64,000 nt of DNA, taken from positions 167,874-231,873 of the forward strand of contig MAAO01000005.1 in assembly GCA_002163155.1 (NCBI GenBank). Reading direction: 5' to 3'. This stretch comes from Halobacteriovorax marinus. GTDB taxonomy: Bacteria > Bdellovibrionota > Bacteriovoracia > Bacteriovoracales > Bacteriovoracaceae. The notes under the pieces are model-generated. The model had not been told where the DNA came from, did not search any database, and saw nothing but the letters and a program-made list of their open reading frames with translations. How positions within the stretch are numbered: the stretch's first letter is position 1; the number at the start of each line of letters is the position of its first letter. Of this stretch, positions 1 through 7,628 are shown one piece after another. The position numbers and the translations under genes were made by a program.

Positions 1-476
1 TCACTCTCATCTTCATCAACTATTTTTAATTGAAAAACGGCCTTTTGAAGTTCAGGTAATTTACCCATACACTCTTCAATAATATCAAGGCCTTGATTGG
101 AGCTCAAAATCCCTTCAGGATCCCCAGGAAGTCCTTCCTTCCAGTGTCCATCAGAAGAAAACTTACTCTCCATAATATCTTCTATAGGGTCAGTCTTGGA
201 ATATTTGAGATTACTTCTGCGAAGCTCACTCACTTTATTATAGAAAATTCCAAAGAGAAAAGTTCGAATATGACTGCGACCTTCAAACTTATGAACTACA
301 TCAAAGAAGGTTAACCAAGCTGAGTGAGTTACATCATGGGATTGTTCTTCGGAGAGACCTACTCCCAGCGCCGCTTTAAACAGATGTCCTGTATAAGCGC
401 GAACAATCAAATCGAAACTCTGGGAATCTCCCTCTCTCAATGATTGAATAAAATCTTTTGAACTAAAGTTGTTCAT
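1..476 (-). CDS. ECF RNA polymerase sigma factor (partial; runs off the window start; ECF13/ECF293-like)
   Basis: Not in the ORF track. Manual translation from ATG at 476 gives MNNFSSKDFIQSLREGDSQSFDLIVRAYTGHLFKAALGVGLSEEQSHDVTHSAWLTFFDVVHKFEGRSHIRTFLFGIFYNKVSELRR...FSSDGHW...IIEECMGKLPELQKAVFQLK. It has sigma region 2 (FEGRS.I.TFLFGI..NK) and the start of region 4. No stop before base 1. Confidence 0.88.
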   Translation of the reverse strand, partial: MNNFSSKDFIQSLREGDSQSFDLIVRAYTGHLFKAALGVGLSEEQSHDVTHSAWLTFFDVVHKFEGRSHIRTFLFGIFYNKVSELRRSNLKYSKTDPIEDIMESKFSSDGHWKEGLPGDPEGILSSNQGLDIIEECMGKLPELQKAVFQLKIVDEDES

Positions 477-667
477 TAAAGTGGCCCATATACTAGTTTG
501 TCGAATTCACATTTCTAGAAATTTTCTTTAGAATTAAAATTACACTTATACTAATGGATAAAGCTTTGAAATTCTAGGGTCTTGCCTAGTATTTTTCTTT
601 GGCCTGCAACATTTTTGTAACATAAAATAGCTAAACGACACTTACTTATAACTAAAGAGGACTATAT

Positions 668-1744
668 ATGACTAAAGGCACAAATTGTTGTGATACAGCT
701 GACACAACAAAAGACGAAGTAAAAGAATATTACGGAAAGACTCTTCAACATAGCGATGACTTAAAGACTAATGCTTGTTGTACTGGAGATATCTATCCAG
801 CCTACGTCAAAGATGCCATGAAACTCATTCACGATGAAGTGATGCAGAAGTACTATGGTTGTGGTCTGACTATTCCCCACTCACTAAGAGGAAAACGCGT
901 GCTCGACCTTGGTAGTGGCGCGGGAAGAGATTGCTACCTACTCTCAAAGCTTGTGGGAGAAGAAGGTGAAGTTATCGGTGTTGATATGACTGATGAACAA
1001 CTAGACGTTGCTAATCGTCACCTTGATTATCACACAGAGAAATTTGGTTATAAGAAATCTAATACTAGATTTATCAAAGGCGATATTGAAAAACTCAATG
1101 AGATCAATCTAGAAGATAATTACTTTGATGTCATCGTTTCAAATTGTGTGATCAATTTAGCGACAGATAAAGAAGCTGTAATGAGAGAAGTTTATAGAGT
1201 TTTAAAACCAGGGGGGGAAATATACTTCTCTGATGTTTACTCTGACAGAAGAGTTCCAAAAGAACTCGTAAAAGATCCTGTTCTCTACGGAGAATGTTTA
1301 AGTGGAGCGCTATACTGGAACGACTTTATTAATCTCTCTAAGAAAGTAGGGTTTCACGATCCAAGAAATGTTGAATCAGAAGTGATCACAATTCAAAACA
1401 CTGAACTCCAAGAAAAAGTGGGAGATATAAAATTCTTCTCAGTGACTTATCGTCTCTTTAAAATTGCAGAACTAGAACCAAGTTGTGAAGACTTCGGTCA
1501 ATCTGTGATCTACAAGGGAACTATTGCTGAGACTCCAGAGTCTTTTCAATTGGACGAACACCATTTGATCAAAAAGGGTGAAGAATTTAAAGTCTGTGGA
1601 AATACTTTTCTCATGTTAAATCAATCAAGATTTAAAGAGCATTTTGAATTCAAAGGTGACATGAAAACTCATCTAGGAATCTTTGAAGATTGTGGTGAAA
1701 GTGCCCCTTTCTCAGAAGACTCTAAGAAATCAAGCTGCTGTTAA
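668..1744 (+). CDS. arsM: Arsenite S-adenosylmethionine methyltransferase (ArsM/AS3MT-like)
   Basis: SAM motif VLDLGSGAGRD. All four conserved ArsM/AS3MT Cys contexts are present (TNACC, KYYGCG, VSNCVINL, YGECLSGALYW), plus an AS3MT-like C-terminal domain. Confidence 0.92.
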   Translation: MTKGTNCCDTADTTKDEVKEYYGKTLQHSDDLKTNACCTGDIYPAYVKDAMKLIHDEVMQKYYGCGLTIPHSLRGKRVLDLGSGAGRDCYLLSKLVGEEGEVIGVDMTDEQLDVANRHLDYHTEKFGYKKSNTRFIKGDIEKLNEINLEDNYFDVIVSNCVINLATDKEAVMREVYRVLKPGGEIYFSDVYSDRRVPKELVKDPVLYGECLSGALYWNDFINLSKKVGFHDPRNVESEVITIQNTELQEKVGDIKFFSVTYRLFKIAELEPSCEDFGQSVIYKGTIAETPESFQLDEHHLIKKGEEFKVCGNTFLMLNQSRFKEHFEFKGDMKTHLGIFEDCGESAPFSEDSKKSSCC

Positions 1745-1752
1745 GGAAAACT

Positions 1753-2496
1753 ATGAGGTGGATTCTTCTTCTCACATTTCTTCTTTCAACCAATGCCTTG
1801 GGCTTTGATCATACTCACAGCGAGTGGCAAAAAGTTTTAACGAAGTATGTAAAGATTGAGAATTCACAGTCCCTCATTAACTACAATTTATTAAAGAAAG
1901 AAAAACAACTTCTTAACAATTATTTACAGTCTCTTAGTTCTGTCAAAAAGGCAGAATACAAGTCCTGGGAATCATCAAAGAAGCTCGCTTTCTTAATCAA
2001 TGCCTATAATGCCTTTACCATTGAGCTCATTCTCACAAACTACCCTTTAAAATCAATCAAAGATCTAGGTTCACTCTTTAAGAGTGCCTGGAAAATAAGT
2101 TTCTTCACTCTCCTAGAAGAAAAACATCATCTAGATTGGATCGAGCAAGATATGATTCGCGGGAATTTTAAAGAACCAAGAATTCACTTCGCTGTTGTTT
2201 GTGCCAGTATAAGTTGTCCCAATCTACAAAAGAAGGCCTTCACATTTAAGAATCTAGATGCTCAACTAGAAACTGCGGCCCATGAATTTTTAAACGACCG
2301 CAGCAAGAATTACTTTGACGGAGAGAAGCTCTATATCTCGAAAATTTTTGGTTGGTATAAGAAAGATTTTAAGAACTTCCGAAAATTTATCTCTAAACGA
2401 ATGAGCAAAAATAAATCAATCCAAGAGAAAATTCAAAACCCTAAACTATCAGTGAAACAGCTAAATTATAACTGGCAACTAAACGAGTGGAAATGA
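1753..2496 (+). CDS. Secreted DUF547 domain protein
   Basis: Signal peptide; LAFLINAYNAFTI and EPRIHFAVVCASISCP motifs typical of DUF547; YNWQLN C-terminus. Confidence 0.88.
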   Translation: MRWILLLTFLLSTNALGFDHTHSEWQKVLTKYVKIENSQSLINYNLLKKEKQLLNNYLQSLSSVKKAEYKSWESSKKLAFLINAYNAFTIELILTNYPLKSIKDLGSLFKSAWKISFFTLLEEKHHLDWIEQDMIRGNFKEPRIHFAVVCASISCPNLQKKAFTFKNLDAQLETAAHEFLNDRSKNYFDGEKLYISKIFGWYKKDFKNFRKFISKRMSKNKSIQEKIQNPKLSVKQLNYNWQLNEWK

Positions 2497-3422
2497 CAGC
2501 TTACAAGAAATGGGAAAACCTTTATACGACTGCTAAAAATGATGAACGAGGAAAAGTCCCCTTCACTCATTTAAAGACACTGTGGTTTAACACGGGAACA
2601 CTATGCAACCTTGCCTGCGAGAATTGCTATATTGAATCAAATCCCAAGAATGATCGTCTAACCTATCTCTCCCTAGCTGACGTCACCCCTTATCTAGCAG
2701 AGATAAGAGAAAACCAGTGGCAATTAGATAATATTGCTTTCACAGGTGGAGAACCTTTTTTAAATCCCGCTATTATAGATATTCTTGAAGCCAGCCTTAA
2801 ATTAAATATTCCAGTCCTAGTTCTCACTAATGCCCATAAAGTTATTAAGAGATGGGAGAAGAAGTTATTGGCACTGCATGAGAAATACGGAGACCTACTA
2901 CGTCTGCGCGTGTCGCTAGATCACTACACTAGTGCTGTTCATGAACAGGAACGAGGAGAAAACACTTTTGACTCCACCATGGGAACATTTAAGTGGTTAG
3001 TAGAAAATGGATTCAATATGAGTATCGCCGGCAGATCACTCACAAAGGAATCAAGTGAAAAGGCCTCTGCTGGTTATCAAAAACTGTTAGATGACTTAAA
3101 CATAAAGCTACAATTAACTGATCAGAAACTCGTTGTATTTCCAGAAATGAAACCTCAAGAAGATGTTCCAGAAATTTCAATCAACTGTTGGCAAATTCTA
3201 GGAATCTCACCTAAAGATCAAATGTGCTCAACTGAGAGAATGATAGTAAAGAGAAAGGGTCAAGACAAACCTGTGGTCCTCTCATGCACGCTCATTGCTT
3301 ACGATGAAACTTTTGAATTAGGTCATACCTTGAAAGAATCATTTAAAGATGTTCATCTGAATCACCCATTTTGCGCAAAATTCTGTGTTCTAGGTGGGGC
3401 CAGTTGCTCAAGTACAAGTTAA
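2493..3422 (+). CDS. Radical SAM protein with Cys-rich C-terminus (ArsS-related)
   Basis: CxxxCxxC (CNLACENC), FTGGEPF, C-terminal NHPFCAKFCVLGGASC. ATG at 2493 overlaps the DUF547 stop (ATGA); the ORF track starts at GTG 2487. Confidence 0.88.
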   Translation: MTAYKKWENLYTTAKNDERGKVPFTHLKTLWFNTGTLCNLACENCYIESNPKNDRLTYLSLADVTPYLAEIRENQWQLDNIAFTGGEPFLNPAIIDILEASLKLNIPVLVLTNAHKVIKRWEKKLLALHEKYGDLLRLRVSLDHYTSAVHEQERGENTFDSTMGTFKWLVENGFNMSIAGRSLTKESSEKASAGYQKLLDDLNIKLQLTDQKLVVFPEMKPQEDVPEISINCWQILGISPKDQMCSTERMIVKRKGQDKPVVLSCTLIAYDETFELGHTLKESFKDVHLNHPFCAKFCVLGGASCSSTS

Positions 3423-3511
3423 ACTGACAGAAAAAGAGAGAATTTGTAAGTATACTCCCCATTGATCCTCCGATATCATTTTTAAGTTATCAAATTTTCA
3501 AGGAGGAAAGT

Positions 3512-4270
3512 ATGCTAATCAAAACTGCGGCGCTCATCGCTGTATCAGGTCTAATGACTATTTCATCTTACGCTAGTGATAAATCAATCTGTGGTGCTAA
3601 TGATGACAGAATGCCATCAACAAATCCAAAAATTGCAAGAGCTCTAGATTCAAGAACAGGAAGTGGTGGTTGTACAGTGACTATGATTAGTCGTACATGT
3701 GCTATCTCTGCTGGTCATTGTAAATCAGTTTTAAAAGTAGCTGAATTCAATACTCCAATGTCTAATAGAAGAGGAAATATTCAACATCCAAAAGCTTCTG
3801 ATGTTTACGATATTGATCAAACTTCAATAGTTTATAAGAATGGTGGAATTGGAAACGATTACGCTGTTATGAGAGTACTTCCTAACAATGAAACTGGTCT
3901 ATTTGCTGGTGACGTTCAAGGATTCTACAATGTAGCAAGCGAAGCTCCAGTTAAAGGTGACATCATCAGAATTACAGGTTACGGACTGGACAGAAACGAT
4001 AGAATCAGAAACCTAGCGCAACAAACGCATACAGGTGCGATTGTAATGGCAGGATCAAGATCAAATCCTTCGGCCATGAATCACGTTGCTGATACAATGG
4101 GTGGAAACTCTGGTTCATCAATCTTAAATGAAGCGACTGATGAAATCGTTGCTATTCATACTCACGGAGGTTGTTCTTCAAGAGGTGGATCTAACTCATC
4201 TACGCTTATTGCTGGTCACCAGATTTTTCAAGATGCAATTGCAGCTTGTCTAGCTACTGATTCACAATAG
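3512..4270 (+). CDS. Secreted trypsin-like serine protease
   Basis: Signal peptide; catalytic triad motifs SAGHC, NDYAV and GGNSGS; GGAGG Shine-Dalgarno. Confidence 0.9.
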   Translation: MLIKTAALIAVSGLMTISSYASDKSICGANDDRMPSTNPKIARALDSRTGSGGCTVTMISRTCAISAGHCKSVLKVAEFNTPMSNRRGNIQHPKASDVYDIDQTSIVYKNGGIGNDYAVMRVLPNNETGLFAGDVQGFYNVASEAPVKGDIIRITGYGLDRNDRIRNLAQQTHTGAIVMAGSRSNPSAMNHVADTMGGNSGSSILNEATDEIVAIHTHGGCSSRGGSNSSTLIAGHQIFQDAIAACLATDSQ

Positions 4271-4304
4271 TTAAAAATCTAAATTTCAAAATTTCAAAAT
4301 ATCT

Positions 4305-4337
4305 AAAGGCCGTGTTTTATACACGGCCTTTTTTTTT
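4305..4337 (+). terminator. Intrinsic terminator after the serine protease
   Basis: Stem AAAGGCCGTGT / ACACGGCCTTT with a TTTAT loop, followed by a T run. Confidence 0.85.
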
Positions 4338-4420
4338 ACATGTCTTTTACATAACTCATATTGAACAACAGTATTTGCCATGATCAAATATTTACTCAAC
4401 AAAATATCGGGAGAAGAAAT

Positions 4421-4717
4421 ATGAAAATTCTATTAGCACTACTTATTTCAGTAAACACAATGGCACTTGACTACAAAGTTGTTTGCGACGCAAAAGGTCA
4501 TTCAGGGGATTCTGTAGTAGCGGCCATAGAAGCTTGTTCTAAGCACACGACAAATAGACGTGCTAACTGCGCTAAGGATGTAACTTGTGCGACTTACAAG
4601 ACACACTGTACTTCTTATGGTGTTGCTGGAGATAATGTTCTCTTAGCTGTGGCAAACTGTAGACAGTATTCAAGAAACTCTACCAGAAATTGTTCAGCTG
4701 AAGTGACTTGTCACTAA
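4421..4717 (+). CDS. Small secreted Cys-rich protein with two internal repeats
   Basis: ATG at 4421 after GGGAGA; signal peptide MKILLALLISVNTMA; two ~37-aa repeats with 4 Cys each. The ORF track start at 4361 is probably too far upstream. Confidence 0.7.
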   Translation: MKILLALLISVNTMALDYKVVCDAKGHSGDSVVAAIEACSKHTTNRRANCAKDVTCATYKTHCTSYGVAGDNVLLAVANCRQYSRNSTRNCSAEVTCH

Positions 4718-4732
4718 GTAGAAAAATACAAA

Positions 4733-4758
4733 TAAAAAAGGCTCCTTTCGGAGCCTTT
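4733..4758. terminator. Probably bidirectional terminator between convergent genes
   Basis: AAAGGCTCC-TTTC-GGAGCCTTT. The upstream A run gives a U tail on the minus strand (rplT); TTT follows on the plus strand. Confidence 0.8.
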
Positions 4759-4789
4759 GCTTTCAATTATTTTTCAATTAATTTATAAA

Positions 4790-5137
4790 TTATTTTTTTG
4801 CTGATTCAAAGATGATTTTGAATGAATCAAAATCAGTCGCTGCAATTTCAGCAAGCATTTTTCTATTTATTTCACAACCAGTTTTCTTAAGGTTACCCAT
4901 GAATTTAGAGTATGAACCATCAAGTTGTTTTGCCGCAGCAGAAATTCTTGTAATCCATAGTCTTCTCATATCTCTCTTTAGAAGTTTTCTTCCAACATAA
5001 GAATAAGCTAGTGCTCTCTTAACAGTATCAGCTGTTAATTTGTATTTAGTTCTTCTTGAAAAGTGAAAACCTTTTGCAAGTTTAGCGATTTTGTTTCTTC
5101 TTCTACGGGCTTTAAAACCCCTTCTAACTCTAGACAT
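4790..5137 (-). CDS. rplT: 50S ribosomal protein L20
   Basis: MSRVRRG..ARRRRNKI..LAKGF, R..MRRLWITRISAA and INRKMLAEIA motifs; follows rpmI. Confidence 0.97.
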   Translation of the reverse strand: MSRVRRGFKARRRRNKIAKLAKGFHFSRRTKYKLTADTVKRALAYSYVGRKLLKRDMRRLWITRISAAAKQLDGSYSKFMGNLKKTGCEINRKMLAEIAATDFDSFKIIFESAKK

Positions 5138-5236
5138 ATAATCTCCTTAACGATTACTTGGGGGCCATTGCTCTTCTACTTCACTTTAGTGAGTATCTTG
5201 TCCCAAGCCTCAGTCTTGTTTATAATAATGATTTAA

Positions 5237-5434
5237 TTAAGCGTAAGGCAACATTACTTTTACACGTCCAAGATCACTCTTAGCAACGTAGTCAGTCTTT
5301 CCTGCTCTTTTCTTTGCACTTGTTTGTTTTTTCTCAAGAATGTGTCTTAAGTTTGCTCTTTTTCTTTTAAATTTACCATTACCAACAGCTTTAAATCTCT
5401 TTGCTGCTGATCTTTTGGTCTTCATCTTAGGCAT
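5237..5434 (-). CDS. rpmI: 50S ribosomal protein L35
   Basis: [15 protein letters not shown]...HILEKK...MLPY. Confidence 0.97.
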   Translation of the reverse strand: MPKMKTKRSAAKRFKAVGNGKFKRKRANLRHILEKKQTSAKKRAGKTDYVAKSDLGRVKVMLPYA

Positions 5435-5500
5435 CGCTAAATCTCCTGTGATTTCACCTACGGCATAAGCCGTGTATCAAACTAATAATTGAAGCAGCAT

Positions 5501-5529
5501 TTTATAACAATTTTATATAGCTTTGTAAA
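5501..5529 (-). promoter_or_regulatory. Sigma70-like promoter for rpmI-rplT
   Basis: Minus strand TTTACA-17 nt-TATAAA, with a TGn extended -10. Confidence 0.55.
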
Positions 5530-5551
5530 AGGAATAATTGAGATAATTGAA

Positions 5552-5585
5552 GAAAAAATAGGGACTTAACGCAGGCGTAAGTCCC
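5552..5585 (-). terminator. Intrinsic terminator after infC
   Basis: Hairpin GGGACTTA(A)CGC / GCGTAAGTCCC (5561-5585), followed on the minus strand by TATTTTTTCT. Confidence 0.7.
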
Positions 5586-5602
5586 GTAACATATTGAAAT
5601 TA

Positions 5603-6187
5603 CTATTTAGTTATTGGAGCATTAACAATAATTTTACCAGCTTTAGTTTTTCTGATTGGAGCCACGATAGTAATAATTCTATTACCCATCATTTTTGGTT
5701 GAGATTCAATCTGAGCACCAAATTCTTCAACTTTAGCCAGAATATCTCTAAACTTCTTAAGGCCTAGATCTTTATAGGCCATTTCACGACCTCTAAACTG
5801 CATAACCATTTTGATTTTGTCACCTTGTTCTAAAAACTTCTCAGCTCTATTAAGCTTAGTTTCAAGATCGTGAGCTTCAATATTTGGTCTAAATTGTATC
5901 TCTTTAAGAGCAGATTGAACCTGCTTCTTTTTTTGTTCATTTGCTAGTTTTTGTTGATCATATTTAAATTTACCGTAGTCGATAACTTTAACAACAGGCG
6001 GTTTAGCCGTTGGCGAAACTTCTACGAGATCAAGCCCTTGATCATTAGCGATCTCTCTAGCTTTTTGCAATGTCACAAGCCCGTAAGCTTCTCCATCGTC
6101 ACCAATTAGTCTACATTCAGGAATACGAATTTGATCGTTAATACGAGGACCAAGATTCTTTCTTCCTCCGCGACGCTTGTCTTTAAT
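5603..6187 (-). CDS. infC: Translation initiation factor IF-3 (AUU start)
   Basis: DLVEVSP.AKPPVVKVIDYGKFKY and KEIQFRP motifs. The frame is open upstream of the track start (6076) to ATT at 6187, which sits 3 nt after GGAGGTGA and restores PRINDQIRIPECRLIG. Confidence 0.95.
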   Translation of the reverse strand: MKDKRRGGRKNLGPRINDQIRIPECRLIGDDGEAYGLVTLQKAREIANDQGLDLVEVSPTAKPPVVKVIDYGKFKYDQQKLANEQKKKQVQSALKEIQFRPNIEAHDLETKLNRAEKFLEQGDKIKMVMQFRGREMAYKDLGLKKFRDILAKVEEFGAQIESQPKMMGNRIITIVAPIRKTKAGKIIVNAPITK

Positions 6188-6300
6188 AAATCACCTCCAG
6201 ATGAAAATATGTTTCGCATAAGCATATGAAATATCATGCCGCTACGAATAGTTAAAGCGAAATTTCCTACAATTTTCGCCTATTTTTTATAATTAATCAA

Positions 6301-6735
6301 CTATTCCCAGAATTGGAGGGCAAAAGTTGAGTTATTCTTAACGTTAATTTTAACTCTCCATGTCGAATCAAATGGATTTTCATCGCGAATTTCCTGCTCT
6401 AATTTAAATAGCTCGTGGAAATTCAGACTCTCTGGCCCATCAAAACTATGGATTTCGCCCCTATCAAAGTCCTTAGTCGCAAGACCCAGATCCTCAATTA
6501 GATCTAACGGAGAGAATCCTATAACTTCCCTACCAACCCAACAAGAGGTGCTCGTAAACAGCTCCTCATCAAGGCTTGAAGCAAAGAAATAGATATAGCT
6601 ATTACCATTGGCCCTCGTTAATTTCTGAGATTGTTCTATAAAGGAATCCACCTTGACAAGACTTGCTACAAAATCAAATTCTTTCATGGAAGTTTCATCA
6701 AATATTAAACGACTATTACCTATTATTGTTTTCAC
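6301..6735 (-). CDS. Hypothetical protein
   Basis: 144-aa ORF coupled to the CDF gene (1-nt stop/start overlap); no motif recognised. Confidence 0.6.
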   Translation of the reverse strand: MKTIIGNSRLIFDETSMKEFDFVASLVKVDSFIEQSQKLTRANGNSYIYFFASSLDEELFTSTSCWVGREVIGFSPLDLIEDLGLATKDFDRGEIHSFDGPESLNFHELFKLEQEIRDENPFDSTWRVKINVKNNSTFALQFWE

Positions 6736-7628
6736 TAATCTTCTGTCCCATCAGGTTCAATATGAATTAAGATATCCACTTCGTTAGAGTATTCCTTTAG
6801 TAGCTCTCGCATTTTCGCTTCAACGATTTTCCCAACTTCATGGGCCTTAATGAGAGACAGAGTTGGCTCGAGATGCAAGTGAAAGTCTACTTGCATATAA
6901 TTCATATTCCCTCTCGCCCTAAAACGGTGGATATCATAGACAAACTCTATGTTCTCTACGGATTTAATTAAGGGCTCTTCAACTACAGGAGAGGCATCTA
7001 ACATTTCAGGAATATTCGTCTTAAAAATTTTAAAAGCGAGGTAGAAGAGATAGACACATACCACTCCTCCAAAAATTATATCTGGAAAGAGAAATCCGAA
7101 GTAAGAAAGAATAATTGAAAGTAAGACACCAAAACTAATAATAAAATCACCAAATGTATGGTCAGCGTCAGCTTTTAGAAGTGATGAATTTAACTCTCTT
7201 CCCTTCTTTCCCTCATACCAAGAGACAAAGAAGCTCACTATCATGGAAATGATAATACTTAAAAGAGGAACAATACCAAAGACAGCATGTTCACCAGAGC
7301 CCGTACGCACTTCTTGCCACTCAAGAGAAACTTGAACAGCTGAGAAAATAAGCACGATACCAATAATGATACTTCCAAGAGTTTCAAATTTGTGATGCCC
7401 AAAATTATGGCCTTTATCAGCAGGTTTAGAGGCAAGGGTAATAGAAATGAGGGCCAAAATATTGGCTCCTCCATCAAAGAGAGATTCTATCCCAGAAGAT
7501 TTAAGAGAGAGATAACTATATTGAACCCCAGCGGCAATTTTAATTATCGCTACGAACCAATTAAGCCCCATTGTAATAAAGAGAACTTTTCTTATTTGAG
7601 CTTCGCGCTCAGCTAAGAAATTATTCAT
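6735..7628 (-). CDS. Cation diffusion facilitator family transporter (FieF-like)
   Basis: SGIESLFD, HNFGHHKFE, LKADADHTFGD motifs; transmembrane helices; C-terminal AHEV...DILIHIEP. Confidence 0.92.
   Translation of the reverse strand: MNNFLAEREAQIRKVLFITMGLNWFVAIIKIAAGVQYSYLSLKSSGIESLFDGGANILALISITLASKPADKGHNFGHHKFETLGSIIIGIVLIFSAVQVSLEWQEVRTGSGEHAVFGIVPLLSIIISMIVSFFVSWYEGKKGRELNSSLLKADADHTFGDFIISFGVLLSIILSYFGFLFPDIIFGGVVCVYLFYLAFKIFKTNIPEMLDASPVVEEPLIKSVENIEFVYDIHRFRARGNMNYMQVDFHLHLEPTLSLIKAHEVGKIVEAKMRELLKEYSNEVDILIHIEPDGTED

Noticed and set aside
93-314. 73-aa plus-strand ORF
   Set aside because: It is the antisense shadow of the ECF sigma gene on the minus strand.
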